Shown here one piece after another: positions 35,124 to 47,667 of a stretch of 53,086 bases of DNA; positions within the stretch are counted from its first letter, which is position 1, and the number at the start of each line of letters is the position of its first letter. The notes beneath the pieces are model-generated. The model was not told where the DNA came from, made no database searches, and saw nothing but the letters and a program-made list of their open reading frames with translations. The translations under genes were made by a program, and so were the position numbers. Source of the DNA: Pseudomonadota bacterium (GTDB lineage Bacteria; Bdellovibrionota_B; Oligoflexia; Oligoflexales; CAIYRB01); the NCBI GenBank assembly GCA_031416315.1, contig JANOTL010000063.1, forward strand, positions 1 to 53,086. The letters are read 5' to 3'.

Positions 35124-37774
35124 CAGTCGGCCAGAGCCGATAGGTTGATCTTCAACCCCGCGAGCTGCGTCTTCATGTTGTCCCGTTGCGCCACGGTCGC
35201 TTCGACGACGTCGGGCGGCGCGCGGTCGGCGAAGCTGGCGTTGCCGAGCTTCGACTCGAGTCCCGCCAAGATCTTGCCGATGCGGGCGATCTCGCCGTCC
35301 AAGCGCACCTTCTCCTTCGCCACGTCGAGGAGGCCGGCCGCCGGAACGTAGGTCTCGTAGCCCTTGCCGACGTCGGCGAGGCACTGCCCGGGGCGCTTGA
35401 GATCGACCGCGGTCTCGAGCTTCGACAAGCCTGCCAAGCGGCGCACGTCGGCATCAGCCGCCTTGAGCAAGGTGACGCCGGCGGTATCCGTCTTGACGTA
35501 GGCTTCGAGCTGCTGCTTCGGCGGCACGCCGGCTTGGCTTCGCACCGAGCGAATGCCGGCGATTACGTCTTGGACGCGTTGCCATTGCGCCGCCGCCTCG
35601 GGGAAGCGCGGCAAGGTCGTCGGATCGGGATATGCCGCGATACATAGGCTGACGGGACGGTCCCAGCCTGGATGCTTCGGCAGCTTCTGCCAGATTTCCT
35701 CGGTGACGAAGGGCATGACCGGGCTGGCGAGACGAAGCAGCGCGTCGAGCACGTAGACCAAGACGGACACCGTACGGTCCTTCTCGCCTTGATCGGTGCC
35801 TTGCAGCGCGTTTTTCGCGGTCTCGACGCCCCAGTCGCAGAAACTGCCCCAAATCATGTGATAGACGTGCTCGACCGCGTCGTTGATGCGATAGGCGTGG
35901 AGCATCTTGTCGACCGACTCGGCGGCGACCGCGAGCTCGTTCAGGAGCCATTTTTCCGACAAGCTGAGTTTAGACGCGTCGAGTGGTTGCAAGGGCCGCG
36001 ACTGGTCCATGTAGTTGAAGATGAAGCGCGCGGCGTTCCAGATCTTGTTGACGAAACGGCCGCCGGCCTCGAAATCTTCCGGCGCCATCTTGATGCGTCC
36101 GCCGAGCGGCGCTAGCTGCACCGCCGTAAATCGCACTGCGTCGGTGCCGTGGCGGTCGATGACCTCCATCGGATCGATGCCGTTGCCGAGCGTCTTCGAG
36201 AACTTCCGGCCCTGCTTGTCGCAAACGGTCGCGGTCAGAAAGACGTCGTGAAACGGCGCGACGCCCCTCGTCTTCAGGCCCACCATCGTCATGCGCGCGA
36301 CCCAAAGGAAGATGATCTCCGGCGCCGTAACCAACACGTCTGTCGGATAGAAATGCTCGAGATCATTCGACTTGTCTGGCCATCCGAAGGGGCTGAGCGG
36401 CCACAGCCAGCTGGAGAACCAGGTGTCGAGGACGTCCTCGTCCTGCCAGATCTCGGTGCTCCTGCATTTCGAGCACTGGCTCGGATCGGTCATGCCGGTC
36501 GTATGGCCGTCGCATTTTTTGCAGTACCAGATCGGAATGCGGTGACCCCACCACAGCTGCCGCGAGATGTTCCAGTCGTGGATGTTCTCCATCCAGTGCA
36601 GGTAGGTCTTCTTCCACAGGTCCGGATGGAATTTCAGGCGACCGTCCTTGGCGACGTCGATCGCGGGTGCCGCGAGCTTCTTCATGTCGACGAACCATTG
36701 CAGGGACAGGCGGGGCTCGATGACCTCTTTGCTGCGCTCCGAGTGCGGCAGCGTCGTCTTGTAGCTCTCCTCTTTGACGAAGAGGTCGAGCTCTTTTAAG
36801 GCACGGATGACTTCCTTGCGCGCTTCGAAGCGCGGCTTCCGAAAGCGCTCGGGCACCTTGTCGTTCAGAGTCGCGTCGGGATTCATGATGTCGATGAAGG
36901 GGAGCTTGTGGCGCTTGCCGATCTCGAAGTCGTTCGGGTCGTGCGCCGGCGTGATTTTGACGGCGCCCGTGCCGAACTCGCTCTTGACGTAGCTGTCGGC
37001 GATGATCGGGATCAAGCGGTTGGCCAAGGGAAGACGCGCCATTTTACCGATGAGATGTTGGTACCGCTCATCGTCTGGATTCACGGCAACAGCGGTGTCG
37101 CCGAGCATCGTCTCCGGGCGTGTCGTCGCGATCGGAATGAACTCCGTCGAGCCCTCGATCGGGTAGTTGAAATACCAGAGGTGGCCGTTGACCTCTTTGC
37201 TCTCGACCTCATCGTCGGAGATGCCGGTCTGCAGCACCGGATCCCAGTTGACGAGCCGCTCGCCCCGATAGATCAGACCCTCGTTGAAGAGCGTGACGAA
37301 GATCTGCCGAACAGCGTGCGAAAGATGCGGGTCCATCGTGTAAGCGATCCGGTCCCAGTCGCAGGAAAAGCCCATCGCTCGGAACTGATCGAGGATCATG
37401 CCGCCGTATTTCTCTTTCCAATCCTGGCAACGCTTCACGAAAGCGACGCGGCCGAGCTTTTGACGCGACGTGCCTTCCTTCTCAAGCGACTTCTCGACCA
37501 TCATCTGCGTGGCGATGCCCGCGTGGTCCGTTCCCGGCAGCCACAGCGCCTCGAATCCCTTCATGCGCTTCCAGCGCACGAGGATATCTTGCATCGTGTA
37601 GCCCGTGCCGTGGCCCATGTGGAGCTGGCTCGTGACGTTCGGCGGCGGCATCAAAACCGTAAAGGGCTTCTTGCCGCTCGTCCGCGACGCTTTGAATACG
37701 CCCTTCTCCATCCAGAAATCGTAAAGTTTACGCTCAGATAGCTTCGGATCGAAGGCGGCCTCAAATTGCGTCAT
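35123..37774 (-). CDS. valS: valine--tRNA ligase
   Basis: PPPNVT..LHMGH, GTDHAGIATQ, ATTRPETMLGD, WNISRQLWWGHRIP, DVLDTWFSS, KFSKT; C-terminal coiled coil. Confidence 0.97.
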   Translation of the reverse strand: MTQFEAAFDPKLSERKLYDFWMEKGVFKASRTSGKKPFTVLMPPPNVTSQLHMGHGTGYTMQDILVRWKRMKGFEALWLPGTDHAGIATQMMVEKSLEKEGTSRQKLGRVAFVKRCQDWKEKYGGMILDQFRAMGFSCDWDRIAYTMDPHLSHAVRQIFVTLFNEGLIYRGERLVNWDPVLQTGISDDEVESKEVNGHLWYFNYPIEGSTEFIPIATTRPETMLGDTAVAVNPDDERYQHLIGKMARLPLANRLIPIIADSYVKSEFGTGAVKITPAHDPNDFEIGKRHKLPFIDIMNPDATLNDKVPERFRKPRFEARKEVIRALKELDLFVKEESYKTTLPHSERSKEVIEPRLSLQWFVDMKKLAAPAIDVAKDGRLKFHPDLWKKTYLHWMENIHDWNISRQLWWGHRIPIWYCKKCDGHTTGMTDPSQCSKCRSTEIWQDEDVLDTWFSSWLWPLSPFGWPDKSNDLEHFYPTDVLVTAPEIIFLWVARMTMVGLKTRGVAPFHDVFLTATVCDKQGRKFSKTLGNGIDPMEVIDRHGTDAVRFTAVQLAPLGGRIKMAPEDFEAGGRFVNKIWNAARFIFNYMDQSRPLQPLDASKLSLSEKWLLNELAVAAESVDKMLHAYRINDAVEHVYHMIWGSFCDWGVETAKNALQGTDQGEKDRTVSVLVYVLDALLRLASPVMPFVTEEIWQKLPKHPGWDRPVSLCIAAYPDPTTLPRFPEAAAQWQRVQDVIAGIRSVRSQAGVPPKQQLEAYVKTDTAGVTLLKAADADVRRLAGLSKLETAVDLKRPGQCLADVGKGYETYVPAAGLLDVAKEKVRLDGEIARIGKILAGLESKLGNASFADRAPPDVVEATVAQRDNMKTQLAGLKINLSALAD

Positions 37775-37868
37775 GGAGCGGTGGTCCTGGCACTCGGAGT
37801 GGGAAAATAAAGGACCCGCCGGAAGTCCTAACCCGACGGAATGCCGAGAATACTAAATATTCGCCAGG

Positions 37869-37973
37869 GCTGCCTCAAGTCCCGCGGCAGCGTCTCCGAG
37901 GACCCCCTTGGTCATTTCGTAAATGATCCCCCTCAGGGCCGGCGGACGTAAGTCCCCGGCTCCCCTTTTTTTT
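37869..37973 (+). ncRNA. candidate three-hairpin sRNA or attenuator leader
   Basis: GCTGCC/GGCAGC stem; GAGG..GTCATTT-CGT-AAATGAT..CCTC stem; GCCGGCGGAC-GTAA-GTCCCCGGC stem followed by T8. Confidence 0.35.
37938..37973 (+). terminator. Rho-independent terminator-like hairpin
   Basis: GC-rich stem with GTAA loop, followed after TCCCC by eight T. Confidence 0.5.
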
Positions 37974-38030
37974 CGGGCCCTCCATGCGAATGCCTCAAGG
38001 TGGCGTGGGCCCGGACCGATACGTTTCGTG

Positions 38031-38894
38031 ATGATCGGTCTAGGCAAAAAGTACCTCGCTCTCGTCGCCGTCGTGATCACGATGTTCGTGAACTTCGTCG
38101 CGTGCGGAGCACAAATGTATCGGCAGTCGCTTGAAGGCGACACCGAGCTGAAGAACGTTGAAGGTAGCGACGACCCGAAGTCCGCAAATTTCGGCCTCCA
38201 CTCGCCCGGCGGTTGGACGAAGCTGCCGATCCGCTTCAAGGTTTCCAAAGCGCTCACTCCAGAACAGCAAGCGGGCCTACTCGGCGCGATGCGCATCTGG
38301 GAAATCGCCGTCGGCAAGAAGCTCTTCACCTTCGAAGGCACTCAGGACGCGACCGGCGATTCGTTCAAAGACCTTTACAGTTCTTTGAACGACGACGTGA
38401 ACGGCCATTACCTCGACGACAACTGGAAGAAGACGAAGAAGGAGCCGCGCGTCCTCGCGACGACGATCTGGAACAACAGCGCGCAGAATACGGCCCAGAT
38501 CGACACCGCAGATATCCGCTTCAACAGTAACTACTACTTGATGGGCAACGCGTTCACGACGGAAGCAGTCGACTCGCGGGAGATCGTCGACATGGAGACG
38601 CTCGCTCTGCACGAGCTCGGCCACCTCCTCGGCCTCATGCACGTCTCGCAAGTGTACGATTCCGGATCGATCATGAACCCCGCCGTCTATATCGGCCAGG
38701 GCCTCGCAAATCGCCGCCTTTCCAAGGGCGACGTCCAACGCGTCCAAAAAATCTACGGCTGCGTCGGCGGCGCCGACGCCTGCAACGCGGAAAAGATCAT
38801 CGCCAAAGTCGACGCGATGCAGCAGGAATCACGCGACGCGGTCGACGACGGTTACAAAAAGGACCCCACGGTCGAGACGGATACCGCGCACTAA
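38031..38894 (+). CDS. matrixin (M10) family zinc metalloprotease, probable lipoprotein
   Basis: HELGHLLGLMH, Met-turn SIMNP, ADIRFN; FVACG lipobox-like. Confidence 0.88.
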   Translation: MIGLGKKYLALVAVVITMFVNFVACGAQMYRQSLEGDTELKNVEGSDDPKSANFGLHSPGGWTKLPIRFKVSKALTPEQQAGLLGAMRIWEIAVGKKLFTFEGTQDATGDSFKDLYSSLNDDVNGHYLDDNWKKTKKEPRVLATTIWNNSAQNTAQIDTADIRFNSNYYLMGNAFTTEAVDSREIVDMETLALHELGHLLGLMHVSQVYDSGSIMNPAVYIGQGLANRRLSKGDVQRVQKIYGCVGGADACNAEKIIAKVDAMQQESRDAVDDGYKKDPTVETDTAH

Positions 38895-38909
38895 AGGGAG
38901 TCCCGTCTC

Positions 38910-40115
38910 GTGAGGCTTTTTTCGCCGTCCATCGCGATCCTTTTGGGCCTCGCGCTCGCTTCGTGCAACGAATCGGGCGGCGGACTCGCCGGCAGCGTCG
39001 GCATCGGCGAAAAATCCGAGGCCGCCGGCACGGCTCCGGGCCCCAAGCCCAAGGACGACGAAGCCGAAGAGGCCGACCATCCGGTCGAGGTCAGCGGCGC
39101 CTTCCTTGCCTGCGCATTCATGGATTCCGAGGCGGCGGTTCTTGCGCACGTCGAGAATGAAGCGACGCGGCCCGTCGATATCGGCTGCGGGCTCTATCGC
39201 GCGAAAAAGCCCGTGAATGTCGACAATCTGACGCTGAAAGCGCGCATCCTGACCGCCCAGGGCAAGATGTACGAGGCCAAGTTCGCGCTCGTGCCGAAAG
39301 GCGCCTCGAGCCAGTTCCACGTCGTCGTCAAAGTGCCGCCTAAGGCCCTTTCCGGAACGATCCAGATCGACATCAAGAACAAGAAGCAGCAAAGAGCCGC
39401 CTTCCGCAAGGCGATGTGGGCCATCACGAGCTTCGACGGCAGCGTCGGCTTCAACATCGGCGAAGACGTCCAAAAACAGAAGAAGCTCGCTGAAGAGCAA
39501 AAGGACGCGAGCGACGGCAAGGTCGTCCATTCCAGCTGGTGGGAGAAATTCGTCGCGATCGCCGTCGCCATCATCGGCGAAGAAATCCGCGAGACGACGA
39601 ATTCCGACTTCGGTACGAAGACGTTCGACTGCGACGAGCGTACGGGCGATTGCTCGCCTTGGGGGGCGGTCCCCACGAAGCCGAAAGCGGCGGTCGACGG
39701 CGCACCGGCCGGAAGCCAGGTCTTCGACCCGGGCGAGAATTTCACTCCTGCCGAGTTCGAAAGCGAGCAGCAGCTCAAGGAGTATCAGGACAAGTTTCCG
39801 CCGCCGAAGAAGCCCTGCGGGCCCAATCGCTCTTGCGGCAGCCAAACCAGCCCGTCGCCGGATCCCAGCACGCCGGCTCAAGGCTCCGGCGCAGTGGCGC
39901 CGGCGCCTTCGCCGAGTCCGGCGCCTAGCCCGGCTCCTGGCGGTCTGACTTCCGGGGGTGGTTCCGTGAGCGGCCTCGGGTCCGGGTCGACGACGGCTCT
40001 TCCGGCGACGCCTCCGGCGACCCCTCCGACGCAGCCACCTGTGACGCCTCCGGCTTCGGACCCGGTGCCGCCGGCTCCGCCGCCGCCGCCACCAGCGCCG
40101 CAGCCGACTCCATGA
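38910..40115 (+). CDS. hypothetical lipoprotein with Pro-rich C-terminal tail
   Basis: Lipobox LASC; Cys pairs; C-terminal PAPSPSP/PATPP low-complexity region. Confidence 0.7.
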   Translation: MRLFSPSIAILLGLALASCNESGGGLAGSVGIGEKSEAAGTAPGPKPKDDEAEEADHPVEVSGAFLACAFMDSEAAVLAHVENEATRPVDIGCGLYRAKKPVNVDNLTLKARILTAQGKMYEAKFALVPKGASSQFHVVVKVPPKALSGTIQIDIKNKKQQRAAFRKAMWAITSFDGSVGFNIGEDVQKQKKLAEEQKDASDGKVVHSSWWEKFVAIAVAIIGEEIRETTNSDFGTKTFDCDERTGDCSPWGAVPTKPKAAVDGAPAGSQVFDPGENFTPAEFESEQQLKEYQDKFPPPKKPCGPNRSCGSQTSPSPDPSTPAQGSGAVAPAPSPSPAPSPAPGGLTSGGGSVSGLGSGSTTALPATPPATPPTQPPVTPPASDPVPPAPPPPPPAPQPTP

Positions 40116-40145
40116 TTGCTGCCCCGCTCAAATCGAGCGGGGTTG

Positions 40146-42824
<2,679 letters not shown>

Positions 42825-42881
42825 GGGATTGCCTCTGGCGTTTTTCGGGAGGAGGAGTCGCTCTCGAAGGCTGAAATTGTA

Positions 42882-43349
42882 CTATTCGACCAGGATCAGC
42901 TCTACTTCGAAAACGAGCGGCGTGTCGGGGGGTACGGTGGTGCCGAAGCCTTGCGTCCCATAGGCCAGAGCGGGTGGAATCACCAGCTTTCGCTGGCCGC
43001 CGACGCGCATTCCGCGGACGCCGACGTCGAGCCCGGCGATGAGCTCGTGGGCTCCCAGCTTGAAGATGAGCGGCTTGGCCTTGTCTTCCCGCGCGTCGAA
43101 GACTTTGCCGTCGAGGAACATGCCGCGATAGAGAATCGCCGCCTTTTTGCCCTCGACCGCCTCCCCGCCGGTGCCGACCTTCGTGTCGGTGATCGCAAGC
43201 TCCGTGACGGCCGGCGGCGCGGGTGCCGCGGCGGGTGCGGGAGCCGTGTTGGCCGAAGACGAATTGGGTTGGGAGCACTGACTGCAGCCCGATAGGATAG
43301 CGGCGGCGGCGACTGCGGCAACGAGTGCGAACCCAGCAAAAAGGCGCAT
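42882..43349 (-). CDS. FKBP-type peptidyl-prolyl isomerase lipoprotein
   Basis: Lipobox LSGC; YRG...DGKVFD, GMRVGGQRKLVIPPALAYG, LVFEVEL. Confidence 0.92.
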   Translation of the reverse strand: MRLFAGFALVAAVAAAAILSGCSQCSQPNSSSANTAPAPAAAPAPPAVTELAITDTKVGTGGEAVEGKKAAILYRGMFLDGKVFDAREDKAKPLIFKLGAHELIAGLDVGVRGMRVGGQRKLVIPPALAYGTQGFGTTVPPDTPLVFEVELILVE

Positions 43350-43358
43350 CGAAGCAGT

Positions 43359-44249
43359 ATGCAAGAACTCTACGGTCAATGTCGCGGGGCTATCCTCCTT
43401 CTTCATGGAGGCGCAGGCTCCCAGGATCCGGACATGACGAAGGTCGCCGACGCGACCGCCGCGTTGCGACGGATCGCGGCACGCGGCATGGGCCTCCTCC
43501 GCAGCGGGACGGCACCTCTCGACGTCGTGGTCGAGTGCTTGAAGGATCTGGAGGTCGACGAGCGCTTCAACGCCGGTCGCGGCGCCTCCCTGCAGGCCGA
43601 CGGCCAAGCCCGCCTCACGGCCGCCCTCATGGACGGGCCGAGGCTCTCGTTTTCTGGTGTAATATCGATTAGTTATGTTCTTCATCCTTCGGTCCTCGCC
43701 CGGCATCTGCAGGAGCAATCTTCGCGCGTTCTGACCTCGCCCGGCGCCGAGATTTTGGCGCGCGAGCTAGGCTTGCCCGTCGCTGACAACGTAACGCCCG
43801 AGCGTCTAAAGCGCTGGTATAAAAAGAGCGCGAAAGAGGACGACGCTTGCGACACCGTCGGCTGTCTCGTGCGCACGGCAGACGGAAAGCTCTATGCGGG
43901 GACGAGCACGGGTGGTCGCGGCTTCGAGACGCCTGGACGAGTAAGCGACTCGTGCACGGTCGCTGGCACCTACTGCTCGACGTTTGCAGCGGTTAGCGCC
44001 ACGGGCACGGGCGAGCAGATCGTCGACGACGCCGTCGCCGCCCGACTGGAAACGCGCCGTCGCGACGGGATGAGTCTCGAGTCCGCCTCGCGACGCTGCT
44101 TCGCCGAGGCCAAAGACCTGAAACGCCGCTACGGATGGATCGCCGTCGACTGCGACGGATCCTGGACCGCGGCCCACACAACGCCGGCGATGACTTACGT
44201 CGTCCTGGGCGACCATGAAGGCGAAGTCGCCGCCTCGCGAGGCCATTGA
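43359..44249 (+). CDS. isoaspartyl peptidase / plant-type L-asparaginase (Ntn hydrolase)
   Basis: HGGAG, FNAG.G, D-TVG cleavage site, TSTGG, GRVSDS, TGTGE. Confidence 0.88.
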   Translation: MQELYGQCRGAILLLHGGAGSQDPDMTKVADATAALRRIAARGMGLLRSGTAPLDVVVECLKDLEVDERFNAGRGASLQADGQARLTAALMDGPRLSFSGVISISYVLHPSVLARHLQEQSSRVLTSPGAEILARELGLPVADNVTPERLKRWYKKSAKEDDACDTVGCLVRTADGKLYAGTSTGGRGFETPGRVSDSCTVAGTYCSTFAAVSATGTGEQIVDDAVAARLETRRRDGMSLESASRRCFAEAKDLKRRYGWIAVDCDGSWTAAHTTPAMTYVVLGDHEGEVAASRGH

Positions 44250-44324
44250 CTTACCATAACCAGTCAGACTGCCATCTGAATCCAAGGGCCGAAGACCCAG
44301 AAGAGAGGGGTCGAGCCAACCCGC

Positions 44325-44681
44325 TCAGTCCTTCTTCTTTCGTTCTTTCTTCTTCTTCTTCGTCGCCGGCTGTGTCGTCTTTCCCTGATCGAGCATCATC
44401 TTTTGCTCGGACACGGTCACTTCTTCCGGATCCGTCTCGGCCGCGTCTTGCACGCCTGTCGAGCTGTTCACGACGGTGCTCGCCGCGGAGCCGCCGCTGC
44501 TCGCGACCGTGACCGAGGTGACCATCACCGGCGCGCCGGAAACCTTCTCCGGCTTCTCAGGCACGAATTCGAAGCTCGGCCGCTTCTTCAGGTCGCTCGC
44601 GTCGAAGATCAGGACGCGTTTCTTCCCGACCGGGCCGGCGCCCAGGGCGATGAATGCGGCGATGAGGAGTGCGGTGCGCAT
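44325..44681 (-). CDS. small secreted hypothetical protein with Lys-rich C-terminus
   Basis: Signal-like N-terminus; GAGGGAG RBS; downstream of gshB. Confidence 0.5.
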   Translation of the reverse strand: MRTALLIAAFIALGAGPVGKKRVLIFDASDLKKRPSFEFVPEKPEKVSGAPVMVTSVTVASSGGSAASTVVNSSTGVQDAAETDPEEVTVSEQKMMLDQGKTTQPATKKKKKERKKKD

Positions 44682-44695
44682 GCTCCCTCATCGGC

Positions 44696-45664
44696 TCAAG
44701 CGAGATCCTTCTGAACGAGGTCGGCGATCCGCCCGTAATGGTCCGCCTCGTCCCCGGGCCCTGCCAGAAGCCGCGGGCTCGTGATGTTGACCTCGGAGAC
44801 GAAGCCGCCGATCAGGTCGAAACCGATGAATTCGACCCCGATCTTGCGAAGGTTTTGCGCGACTTCCAACACCCGCGTCTGCTCGTCCGGCCGCGGCGAA
44901 TAGGGCGACAAGGTCGCCCCCATCCGCGTGTTCGCCAGGAAATTCCCGTCCGAGGGCTTCTTGAGGCACCACGCGATCGGCTCGCCGAAGGCCGTGAACA
45001 CCCGCACTTCGCCCTGGAAGATCGCAGGATCGAAGGCCTGCACGAGCCGCGGCGAGGCGCCGTCCTGGGTCTCCTCGCGAAGCTTTTGCAGCGCCGCGTC
45101 TCGCGGCTCGGCCGACAGCCGGAACACGCCTCGCCCGCCGAAGAGGGTCAAAGGCTTCAACACCGCGTCGCCACCCGCCTGTTTCTCGACGAAGCCAAGC
45201 AGCTCCTCCGGATCCGCCGACACCATCGCGTCGCGAGCCGCCTCGCCGCAGCCGAAGATCGCCAGCTTCTCATTCAGCCCGCGCAGCGCCGAGGGCGCAT
45301 TGTAGACCTTGGTCCCCGACCCCACCGCGTCGAGCAGCCAGGTCGTCGCGATGTAGTCCATGTCGTACGGCGGATCTTTCCGCATATGGACCGCGCGAAA
45401 CGCCCCAAGCTCCCGCACAGACAGAGGATCCGGCGTAAACTGCGGCACCGGGGCCGAGCTCGTCGCCGCGCTCTTGAATCGCAGCCGCTGCGTCCGCGCA
45501 TGCCCTTGACCTTCCGATTTCTGCCAGCCCAGCTGTCGCGGCTCGGCGACGTAGATCTCGGCGCCCCGTGCCGCCAGGGCCGCCATCAGGCGCAAGCTGG
45601 AATCGAGCGCCAGATTCAGGCTCGCGAGCGGATCGATGATGAAGAGGTGACGGTTTTCGGGCAC
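44696..45664 (-). CDS. gshB: glutathione synthetase
   Basis: FIIDP...DSS, MRKDPPYDMDY, NEKL, KPL..FGG, FLAN...G, EVNITSP. Confidence 0.88.
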   Translation of the reverse strand: MPENRHLFIIDPLASLNLALDSSLRLMAALAARGAEIYVAEPRQLGWQKSEGQGHARTQRLRFKSAATSSAPVPQFTPDPLSVRELGAFRAVHMRKDPPYDMDYIATTWLLDAVGSGTKVYNAPSALRGLNEKLAIFGCGEAARDAMVSADPEELLGFVEKQAGGDAVLKPLTLFGGRGVFRLSAEPRDAALQKLREETQDGASPRLVQAFDPAIFQGEVRVFTAFGEPIAWCLKKPSDGNFLANTRMGATLSPYSPRPDEQTRVLEVAQNLRKIGVEFIGFDLIGGFVSEVNITSPRLLAGPGDEADHYGRIADLVQKDLA

Positions 45665-45728
45665 GGTTGCGGGCCTTTCGGCAAAGGTGCTAAGACACCG
45701 TTTTTAGCCAATCTTGGGAGCATGCGCC

Positions 45729-46916
45729 ATGCGTCTTCGGAGCCTCAAGGACGTCGAGCTCAAAGGGAAGAAGGTTTTTCTTCGCCTAGATCTCAACGTT
45801 CCCGTGAAGAATGGCGTGATCATGGATGAGACGCGCATCAAGGAAGCGCTCCCGACCATCCGGCACGTGCTCGAGCACACCAACAAAGTCGCCATCGCGA
45901 GCCACCTCGGCCGTCCGGATGGCGTGGTCGACCTCGACTACTCCCTGGAGCCCGTGGGCGCGCGTCTCGCGGAGCTTCTCAAGCGGGAGGTCGTCTTTGT
46001 CCCCGACTACTCGAAAGAGCCCTACGATCAGGTGCTGAATCAGATCAACCCGAACCAGTTCGTCCTCCTGGAGAACCTCCGCTTCAATCCCGGCGAGACG
46101 AAGAACGACCACGAGTTCGCGCTCCATTTGTCCAAAGGCATCGACATCTACGTCAATGACGCGTTCGGCACCTCGCACCGCGCCCATGCCTCGACCGTGG
46201 GCATCCCGGAGCTCCTGCCGCCCGAGCGCCGCGCCGCCGGCTTTCTCATCGAGAAAGAGATCGAAGCCCTCGGCAGCGTTCTCTCGCACTCCGAGGCGCC
46301 GTTCACCGTCATCATGGGCGGCTCCAAGGTCTCCGACAAGATCGCGGTCATCTTAAACCTCTTGAACCACGCCAACCATCTCGTCATCGGCGGCGCGATG
46401 GCCTACACCTTCCTTGCCTTCAAGGGCATCAAGGTCGGCAGCTCCAAGGTCGAGGCGAGTCACATGGAGCTCGTCGAGTCGATCTACCGCAACGCCGAGG
46501 CCCGCCGCGTCCAGATCCATCTCCCGATCGACCACGCCTGCGCCAAGGAATTCAAGGAAGGCACGGAGAAGATCGACGTCTCGACGCCCGCCATCCCGGA
46601 CGGTCTCATGGGCTTGGACATCGGTCCCAAGACGATCCGCGCCTACGCCGACGTCATCGAGCGCTCGCGCACCGTCCTCTGGAACGGGCCGATGGGCGTC
46701 TTCGAGTGGCCCGCCTTCGCCGAAGGCTCGATGGAAGTCGCCCGAGCCATGGCGCGTTGCCCCGGAAAGACCGTCATCGGCGGCGGCGACTCCGTCTCCG
46801 CGGTGAACATGGCGGGCGTCGCCGAGGCGATGACCCACATCTCGACGGGCGGCGGCGCTGCGCTCGAGTTCCTCGAAGGCCGCACCTTGCCAGGGATCAA
46901 GCTGCTCTATGCGTAA
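45729..46916 (+). CDS. pgk: phosphoglycerate kinase
   Basis: RLDLNVP, SHLGRP, LLENLRF, NDAFGTSHR, WNGPMGVFE, GGGDS, STGGGA. Confidence 0.97.
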   Translation: MRLRSLKDVELKGKKVFLRLDLNVPVKNGVIMDETRIKEALPTIRHVLEHTNKVAIASHLGRPDGVVDLDYSLEPVGARLAELLKREVVFVPDYSKEPYDQVLNQINPNQFVLLENLRFNPGETKNDHEFALHLSKGIDIYVNDAFGTSHRAHASTVGIPELLPPERRAAGFLIEKEIEALGSVLSHSEAPFTVIMGGSKVSDKIAVILNLLNHANHLVIGGAMAYTFLAFKGIKVGSSKVEASHMELVESIYRNAEARRVQIHLPIDHACAKEFKEGTEKIDVSTPAIPDGLMGLDIGPKTIRAYADVIERSRTVLWNGPMGVFEWPAFAEGSMEVARAMARCPGKTVIGGGDSVSAVNMAGVAEAMTHISTGGGAALEFLEGRTLPGIKLLYA

Positions 46917-47667
46917 GAAGCTCTTGGCCGGAAATTGGAAGATGAACAAGACGTCGGGAGAGCTCGCGCCCTTCTTCGACGCCTTCGCGAAAGAGCTCGG
47001 CGCCGCGCCCAAATGCGACGTGCTCTTCGCTGCCCCGTTCACGCTCCTGCAGAAGGCCCAGGAGCTCGCGAAACCGCGCGGCTACCTGATCGCCGCGCAG
47101 AACGTCCACGCGGAGGCCAGCGGCGCCTTTACGGGCGAAGTCTCACTCGCGATGTTGCAGGACGTCGGCATCGCCGCGTCCCTCGTCGGCCACAGCGAGC
47201 GCCGTCAGTACTTCAACGAAACCGACGCGACCGTCGCCAAAAAGACCAAGGCGGCGCAGGCGGCCGGCGTCATGCCAATCGTCTGCATCGGCGAGACCCT
47301 GGCCGAGCGCGAAGCGCATCGGACGGAGGCCGTCGTCGGCGCGCAACTCGACGCCGTCCTCGAGGGCCTTGGAAACCCTAAAGATCTCGGTAACTTGGTG
47401 ATCGCCTACGAGCCCGTCTGGGCGATCGGCACCGGTCGCTCCGCGACCAGCGCCCAGGCGCAGGAAGTGCACGCGTTCATCCGCAAACGGGTCGTCGCCG
47501 TGTGCGGCGCCGACGCCGCGGCGAAGCTGCGCATCCTTTATGGCGGTAGCGCCAACCCAGCCAACATCGTCGAGCTCTTAGGCCAGAAAGACATCGATGG
47601 CGGCTTGGTAGGCGGGGCTTCCTTGAAACCCACCGACTTCGCCGCCATGGTGCGTGCGGCTACTTAG
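46909..47667 (+). CDS. tpiA: triosephosphate isomerase
   Basis: AGNWKMN, GHSERR, AYEPVWAIGTG, YGGS, GGASL. Confidence 0.97.
   Translation: MRKKLLAGNWKMNKTSGELAPFFDAFAKELGAAPKCDVLFAAPFTLLQKAQELAKPRGYLIAAQNVHAEASGAFTGEVSLAMLQDVGIAASLVGHSERRQYFNETDATVAKKTKAAQAAGVMPIVCIGETLAEREAHRTEAVVGAQLDAVLEGLGNPKDLGNLVIAYEPVWAIGTGRSATSAQAQEVHAFIRKRVVAVCGADAAAKLRILYGGSANPANIVELLGQKDIDGGLVGGASLKPTDFAAMVRAAT

Noticed and set aside
39840..40115. Short GC-rich repeats as a possible CRISPR/VNTR
   Set aside because: Explained by Pro/Ala codons of the lipoprotein tail; no repeat-spacer periodicity and no cas genes.
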